From positions 360,001-392,000 of the forward strand of contig NC_014824.1 of NCBI RefSeq assembly GCF_000179635.2: a stretch of 32,000 nucleotides of DNA. The letters are read 5' to 3'. Positions 26,150 to 32,000 of this stretch are shown piece by piece. Both the position numbers and the translations under genes were made by a program. This DNA comes from Ruminococcus albus 7 = DSM 20455 (GTDB taxonomy: Bacteria > Bacillota > Clostridia > Oscillospirales > Ruminococcaceae). Each line of letters opens with the position of its first letter. Within the stretch, counting starts at the first letter, position 1. The notes under the pieces were generated by a model. The model made no database searches. It was not told where the DNA came from and saw only the letters and a list, made by a program, of their open reading frames with translations.

Positions 26150-26518
26150 TTATAATAATTTTTTGCCTTTGATGTGAGCTGCGATCATGATGATGTCGGT
26201 TACATCGATCGAGCTGTCACCGTTAACATCAGCGGCTCTTGCTGCGGTTTTATCAAGTATTTTTTTACCCTTGATATGAGCTGCTATCTTAACTATGTCG
26301 GTAACATTGATCTTACCGTCAAAGTTTATGTCACCGAGTAGTGTAACTGTCAGATCCTGACTGAGGGTATTGTAATTGTCTGTATCTTCGGGAGTGTAGG
26401 TAGCTGCAAAAGTATTATTTCCAACATCGCCTACGCTGAGTGTATCATCCTCCCAAGCCCATGTACCGTCATCGGCTGTAGGGAGTGTAACATCTGCCAG
26501 TGTCTGTCCGTAGATAGC
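26150..26518 (-). pseudogene. 3' fragment of a dockerin-bearing surface protein gene (partial adhesin-repeat domain and a type I dockerin)
   Basis: A duplicated Ca-binding dockerin is present: GDINFDGKINVTDIVKIAAHIKGKK ... ADVNGDSSIDVTDIIMIAAHIKGKK. There is no signal peptide. The apparent N-terminus (26519-26569) is encoded by the transposon-related 45-bp repeat. Confidence 0.7.
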
Positions 26519-26563
26519 ATAGGATGAGTTAACGTATATTGTCAGGGTCTTTTGTGCTATGAT
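26519..26563 (+). repeat. 45-bp perfect direct repeat, copy 2
   Basis: Identical to 23544-23588. All four flanks differ. Confidence 0.95.
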
Positions 26564-26612
26564 TTTCATATATGACGGTGTTTATTTGCAGAATGATATT
26601 TTTGTCATAAAG

Positions 26613-26652
26613 AACAGACCTGACTGCCGGATGGCTAGTCAGGTCTGTTTTT
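26613..26652. terminator. 13-bp stem-loop terminator closing the minus-strand surface-protein operon
   Basis: AACAGACCTGACT (26613-26625) pairs with AGTCAGGTCTGTT (26637-26649). It lies 10 nt beyond the 26662 stop and is T-rich on both sides. Confidence 0.75.
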
Positions 26653-26661
26653 CGCAGGATA

Positions 26662-27228
26662 TCATTCTTCTTCGTCTTTACTGCCTTTATTTCTTGCGAT
26701 ACCGATAGCTGCAAGCAGGACCGCTGTGCCTAACGACACACCGCCTGCAACACCTGTTGCGGGGTTAGCATTGCTAGCATTTGGCTTGGGGCTGTTTGCT
26801 GAAACAGTTTCAGCCTTTTTTGAACTGCTTTCGGATTTGCTTGAGGGATCGGATATATTCTCTGTTTCGGCAGACAGGACATACTCACTGTCCTCATATA
26901 TGCCGGGCAGTTTCAGCTTGCCGTCTTTCAACTGGTCAGTAACATCTTCGCCGTTCAGCACGACCTTGGTGATCTTCTCGCCGTCATTAGCTTTGATCTC
27001 GAGAACGGGTTCGGAAAGTCGTTCCACTGTGAACTCCTTACCGTCTACACCGTTGACCTTTACATCGACATCACCTGTGATCGTCAGTTTGAGATCGTGG
27101 GTCTCGGGGACTTCTGTTCCTATGGTCGCTTCTCCTGTGGTCGGGTTTTGCTCGCCCTCAGCGAAGGCTGGTATGGCGGTGCAGGTCAGCATGGAAAGAC
27201 AAAGCAGGAATACTGCATATTTTTTCAT
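26662..27228 (-). CDS. 188-aa cell-wall-anchored protein with NPATG sortase-type sorting signal
   Basis: AAGGAG RBS. Signal peptide MKKYAVFLLCLSMLTCTAIPAFA. The C-terminus is NPATG, then the hydrophobic stretch VAGGVSLGTAVLLAAIGIA, then the charged tail RNKGSKDEEE. Confidence 0.8.
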   Translation of the reverse strand: MKKYAVFLLCLSMLTCTAIPAFAEGEQNPTTGEATIGTEVPETHDLKLTITGDVDVKVNGVDGKEFTVERLSEPVLEIKANDGEKITKVVLNGEDVTDQLKDGKLKLPGIYEDSEYVLSAETENISDPSSKSESSSKKAETVSANSPKPNASNANPATGVAGGVSLGTAVLLAAIGIARNKGSKDEEE

Positions 27229-27240
27229 GCGATCAACTCC

Positions 27241-27747
27241 TTATGATTCGGGTGCTGCATCAGTGTATTCAACATTGAATGTCACGGTGTCACTGTACTC
27301 ACCTGCGTATGCGGTCTGCCAGTCTTCCGCGGTGATATTTATGGTAAGGTCTGTTTTATCACCTACTGCGGTGTATTCTGCGGAAGTGAATACATTTTCG
27401 TTAACGGCATCGCTTGTTCCCTCGAAAATGGTGTATGCAAGGGTCTTTTCCTCGTCAGCCTTGTTCTCCATCTTGCTGTCGGTGACCAGGGATACTTTTA
27501 CCGCCTTGCCGGGGTCGAGCTGTGCCTTTGTAAGTTCGATGGTGCCGAAATCGGTATTCTCGGTATTGAATGTCACCTTGGTGTCGAGGGGGATAGTCAC
27601 GATGTATGCAGGTGCTATCTCGGTGGTGATTACCGCATTAGCCGACTGCGGGTCGCTTGTCTCGTTTATCGTGGTGGGTTCTGCGAACGCCGTAACAGGC
27701 ATTGCCAGTATTGCAAGTGCGGAAAGTCCGCTTATAAGTTTTTTCAT
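27241..27747 (-). CDS. 168-aa secreted beta-rich protein, member of the local paralogue family
   Basis: AAGGAGG RBS. Signal peptide MKKLISGLSALAILAMPVTAFA. Family motifs are APAYIVTIP near the N-terminus and YAGEYSDTVTFNVEY at the C-terminus. Confidence 0.85.
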   Translation of the reverse strand: MKKLISGLSALAILAMPVTAFAEPTTINETSDPQSANAVITTEIAPAYIVTIPLDTKVTFNTENTDFGTIELTKAQLDPGKAVKVSLVTDSKMENKADEEKTLAYTIFEGTSDAVNENVFTSAEYTAVGDKTDLTINITAEDWQTAYAGEYSDTVTFNVEYTDAAPES

Positions 27748-27759
27748 ATCGGTTCCTCC

Positions 27760-29051
<1,292 letters not shown>

Positions 29052-29079
29052 GGTGGATACCTCCTGAAATAAATTTCTG

Positions 29080-29321
29080 TTACTTTGCTATCAAAACTGT
29101 CTCAACGTTCGCGCCGTTATCAGTCAGAGTATCGTTAAGCGTCACTGTTGTATCGGCGGGGATAGTCACGATATATGCAGGAGCTATGTCAAGAGTGACA
29201 TTGGTCTGACCCGACTGCGGAACGCTCTTTTCATTTATGGTCGTATCGGCAAATGCGCTCATCGGGGCGATGAGCATTGCCGCTGTGAGTAATGCGGATA
29301 AACCGCTTATGATTTTTTCAT
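29080..29321 (-). pseudogene. Frameshifted and C-terminally truncated paralogue (N-terminal half only)
   Basis: ATGAAAAAATCATAA at 29321-29307 stops after 4 codons. With one extra base it would read MKK(I)ISGLSALLTAAMLIAPMSAFADTTINE..IAPAYIVTIPADT, like its neighbours. It ends at TAA 29080-29082, well short of the family C-terminal motif. Confidence 0.6.
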
Positions 29322-29361
29322 TTAATCACCTTCGATAAATATTCAAATTTTACATAATGCC

Positions 29362-30570
29362 TTAACCAATTACATCGTTCAAGAGTACAGAAGAAACCAA
29401 CTGCGAATTGACGAAATCAAAAACAATTATTCCCATAACGCAATCTGCTCTCTTAGTAATAATGAATTCAGTGACTTTGGGATTAAGAAAATCGGCATAC
29501 ATTCTGGGAGTCCATGTAAATGGTATGAATCCAGCAGTGGTTCCTGTTGCACTTATATGGTTGATTTTCATTCTTTCCGAATCATACGGTAAGTCGATGT
29601 TTGCTTTTATCTCTCTTATTTTATCATCTTCGTTCGGAGCATTATAGTTATCTTGGATAACAAATTTAGCATTATCCCCATACACAAATCCATACCCATT
29701 CGCACTGAAAAAATGCTCGTTTAAATTATCGAGAACGACTATTTTCCCCCTCACATCATCTAACAGCGGCCAGTTGATCTGTCCATTACTTTTCCAAAAC
29801 AGATGCTTATATTTTTCAAATAACGCAGATAACAGTTCATTGTAATGTTTTTTATCGTCCACACCTACGTCACGTTCGTTTTTTAACCTTACAATAATTG
29901 TTTCACTTGGATTATCGTTAAGAAATCTATTTACCCATGTCATAAAATCTTCTAATCCATGAACACAATCTATAATCCAATGACACCCTCTTAAATCGGC
30001 ATCAATTCTAATATCAAAATATCGACATCCGTTATTTAGTTGTTCCCAAATATTGTAGGACTGCGTTTTGGCAGTGTAGTCAATACGACTTCCTGCCCCA
30101 GTAAAATCATATGAAAGTGAATCGTGTGTTCCCGGAATATCCATCTTATTGAGAGGAGTATTACCAGCAATGCCTTTCATCCAGCATCTAAAATCTAATT
30201 TCGAGGCATCATCAGATATGACAATAAACATATCCCCATCGTGCTGCCATAATATAGATTCTGTTGACCTTGAATCATCCCCCGAAAATCCAGTTCTTTC
30301 AACAGTGAAATTACGTTTAGTTGCATCCCACATCTCAATTTTCACTTTCTTTTTAGGGTCATTTTCAAGTACATATTTTGCAATACCACGGTCATCACAT
30401 CTATCTTCAAAAAAGCCTTCTGACCACTCAACATAGAATCTTGCTTTTTCCCCAGCTTCTAACTCCTTCGGGAAATCCCACGCATCCATTTGATAGGTAA
30501 AGAATGGTTCTGCCTGAATCAATTTACTTCTTGTGTTGTTAATTAAATTAACTGCTCCGCCTTGTCCCAT
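29362..30570 (-). CDS. PI-PLC X-domain (phosphatidylinositol-specific phospholipase C-like) protein with an extra N-terminal beta-rich domain of about 150 aa; no signal peptide
   Basis: AAGGAGG lies 8 nt before ATG 30570. Motifs seen: IPGTHDS, RYFDIR, CVHG and RGKIVVL. Hand-counted GC is markedly lower than in the flanking genes. Confidence 0.8.
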   Translation of the reverse strand: MGQGGAVNLINNTRSKLIQAEPFFTYQMDAWDFPKELEAGEKARFYVEWSEGFFEDRCDDRGIAKYVLENDPKKKVKIEMWDATKRNFTVERTGFSGDDSRSTESILWQHDGDMFIVISDDASKLDFRCWMKGIAGNTPLNKMDIPGTHDSLSYDFTGAGSRIDYTAKTQSYNIWEQLNNGCRYFDIRIDADLRGCHWIIDCVHGLEDFMTWVNRFLNDNPSETIIVRLKNERDVGVDDKKHYNELLSALFEKYKHLFWKSNGQINWPLLDDVRGKIVVLDNLNEHFFSANGYGFVYGDNAKFVIQDNYNAPNEDDKIREIKANIDLPYDSERMKINHISATGTTAGFIPFTWTPRMYADFLNPKVTEFIITKRADCVMGIIVFDFVNSQLVSSVLLNDVIG

Positions 30571-30669
30571 ACAAATAACCTCCTTGTTTGATAGAAACAT
30601 GATTTTCAAACTATAATTCTTTATGTCATATCTCAATTGTCAAACTAAGCTGTCAGTATTTCGTTTATT

Positions 30670-30704
30670 ATTCTACCGAGCCACATAACGCAGCTCGGTA
30701 GAAT
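30670..30704. other. 12-bp stem-loop between the 404-aa gene and the PI-PLC gene
   Basis: ATTCTACCGAGC (30670-30681) pairs with GCTCGGTAGAAT (30693-30704). There is no U-tail on either strand. On the minus strand one arm reads TCGGTAGAATAA, which translates as S-V-E-stop. That is an 11/12 match to the 3' end of the paralogue at 31973-31984. Confidence 0.5.
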
Positions 30705-30727
30705 GCAAATAATCATTATATCACTAC

Positions 30728-31942
30728 TTACGGCTCATAGGTGTAGGGGCTTACGCTGATAGCACCTACGTTGTTGCCTATGGTCACAGTGCCGCAAACA
30801 CCGCCTCCTCCAGGACCGATGCTATGTGCACCTGTATCACCTTTGCCCTTTGTGGCTGTTACCTTTGTGACGGTATTTGCAATGGTGATATTGCCACAGG
30901 ATGTTTTAGATTGAACGCCGGTGTTTCTGCCGCTTCCAATACCGGCAGCACCATTGTAGCCTGTTGCAGTGATCGTACCGCCGTTGATTGTGATATCGCC
31001 ACAAGATGTATCTGGACCGCCTCCAATACCGGCAGCACTATCGCCGCCTGTTGCAGTGATCGTACCGCCGTTAATTACGATGTTACCGCAAGCAACTTGG
31101 TATCCTCCGCCGATACCTGCACCACCGGGGTTGATAGCATTGCTGTATGCAGTCAAGCTGCCGTCGCCACCAATGGTCAGAGTCTTGTCCTTAGCAATCC
31201 AGATGCCGGGGTAATTGTTATAGTCATCGCTGCCTCTGCCGGCACATATTGTATTCGTACCTTTCAGGATAATAGTCGCATCGTTTGGACAGTTGATACC
31301 TGCCCAGTCGCAATTTTTCCCGAGGTTGGTGATATTCGCATCTTTCAGCGTGACAGTCGCACCATCTGCGATGGAAATCTTGACATTTGCAGCAAGCGTA
31401 CCTGTCAGAGTTACGCCGTCCTTTGCTACATAGTCGGCTGTCAATGTTGAAAGGTCAACAATAGTTTCTGCACTCTCCACCGAGATAGTAAATGTTACAG
31501 TACCTGTGTAGTCACCTGCATTCGGAGTAGTTGCAGGCTCATTGAATTTAAGAGTTGAAGAACTTGTCTGTGTGCCTGCTGCTACGTTCAATACCACATC
31601 GCCAACAGCAACATTATCACCGCCCTTAGAAACGGTATATGTCAGTGAGTCAGTAGCTGTTGTTAACTTGAAAGCATTATCCGCATCGCTGGTGCCGGAC
31701 AGTGTGACATTAAGCTGTTCTCCTGCATTCAGGTTTACATTTCCCGCTTCAATTGTTGCCTCATTACCAAGTGCTACAGTTGCAGGGATGGTGACTGTAT
31801 ACACTGCACTTGAAGTCCAAGTCACATCAGTCATAGCATTTCCCTCGGCATTGTAATCAGTAGCAAAGGCGGATATAGGAACAATAGCAGAAATCATTGC
31901 AATCGCCATGACAGATGCTATTATTTTTTTAGTATTTTTCAT
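30728..31942 (-). CDS. 404-aa secreted protein: paralogue-family domain fused to a Gly-rich beta-helix-like repeat domain
   Basis: GAGGTG RBS. Signal peptide MKNTKKIIASVMAIAMISAIVPISAFA. Family motifs are AVYTVTIPATV and AGDYTGTVTFTISVE. Repeats follow: I-x-INGGTITATG-x3-AAGIG-x-G. Confidence 0.85.
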   Translation of the reverse strand: MKNTKKIIASVMAIAMISAIVPISAFATDYNAEGNAMTDVTWTSSAVYTVTIPATVALGNEATIEAGNVNLNAGEQLNVTLSGTSDADNAFKLTTATDSLTYTVSKGGDNVAVGDVVLNVAAGTQTSSSTLKFNEPATTPNAGDYTGTVTFTISVESAETIVDLSTLTADYVAKDGVTLTGTLAANVKISIADGATVTLKDANITNLGKNCDWAGINCPNDATIILKGTNTICAGRGSDDYNNYPGIWIAKDKTLTIGGDGSLTAYSNAINPGGAGIGGGYQVACGNIVINGGTITATGGDSAAGIGGGPDTSCGDITINGGTITATGYNGAAGIGSGRNTGVQSKTSCGNITIANTVTKVTATKGKGDTGAHSIGPGGGGVCGTVTIGNNVGAISVSPYTYEP

Positions 31943-31972
31943 AGTATCACCTCAAAGTATTTTAGGATAATG

Positions 31973-32000
31973 CTATTCTACCGAAATAGTGAAAGTAAGC
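31973..32000 (-). CDS. 3' end of a further paralogue running off the window (...LTFTISVE-stop)
   Basis: The reverse complement of 31973-31999 reads CTT ACT TTC ACT ATT TCG GTA GAA TAG. This is the family C-terminal strand, 30 nt upstream of the next gene's start. Confidence 0.4.

Noticed and set aside
30824-31450. 208-aa and 81-aa plus-strand ORFs opposite the 404-aa gene
   Set aside because: These are shadow ORFs created by the Gly/Ala/Thr-rich codons of the minus-strand gene. They have no RBS and a Cys/Ala/Thr-rich nonsense composition.

Overview
Low-GC Firmicutes DNA, probably a cellulosome-bearing Ruminococcus-type organism. That guess rests on a dockerin fragment, HA-repeat helicases and Listeria-Bacteroides repeat adhesins; no rRNA or tRNA is present to confirm it. 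From left to right the window holds: (1) two tandem paralogous SF2 helicases with long helicase-associated (HA) repeat arrays; (2) a MobC-like RHH gene and a DinJ/RelB antitoxin domain fused to an alkyltransferase-like DNA-binding domain; (3) a transposon-end remnant; (4) a 1689-aa secreted repeat protein with near-perfect 279-bp x4 and 741-bp x2 tandem DNA repeats; (5) an accessory island opened by a large serine recombinase. The island carries a topoisomerase C-repeat protein, an IS200-type element, plasmid-type orphan genes, a very AT-rich block of unknown genes and a DUF1848-like Fe-S protein. It also carries a gene cut by a Mu/TniAB-type transposition module; (6) a minus-strand operon (26.6-32 kb) of paralogous small secreted beta-rich proteins ending in an NPATG sortase-anchored protein. 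The standout lies in that operon. One paralogue carries, between its signal peptide and the family domain, a 72-residue segment that is 65/72 identical by hand alignment to canonical eukaryotic ubiquitin and lacks the LRGG tail. This looks like a eukaryote-derived ubiquitin displayed on a bacterial surface complex. A low-GC PI-PLC X-domain gene and a frameshifted paralogue sit in the same operon. All family names come from motif recognition by eye and no database was searched.
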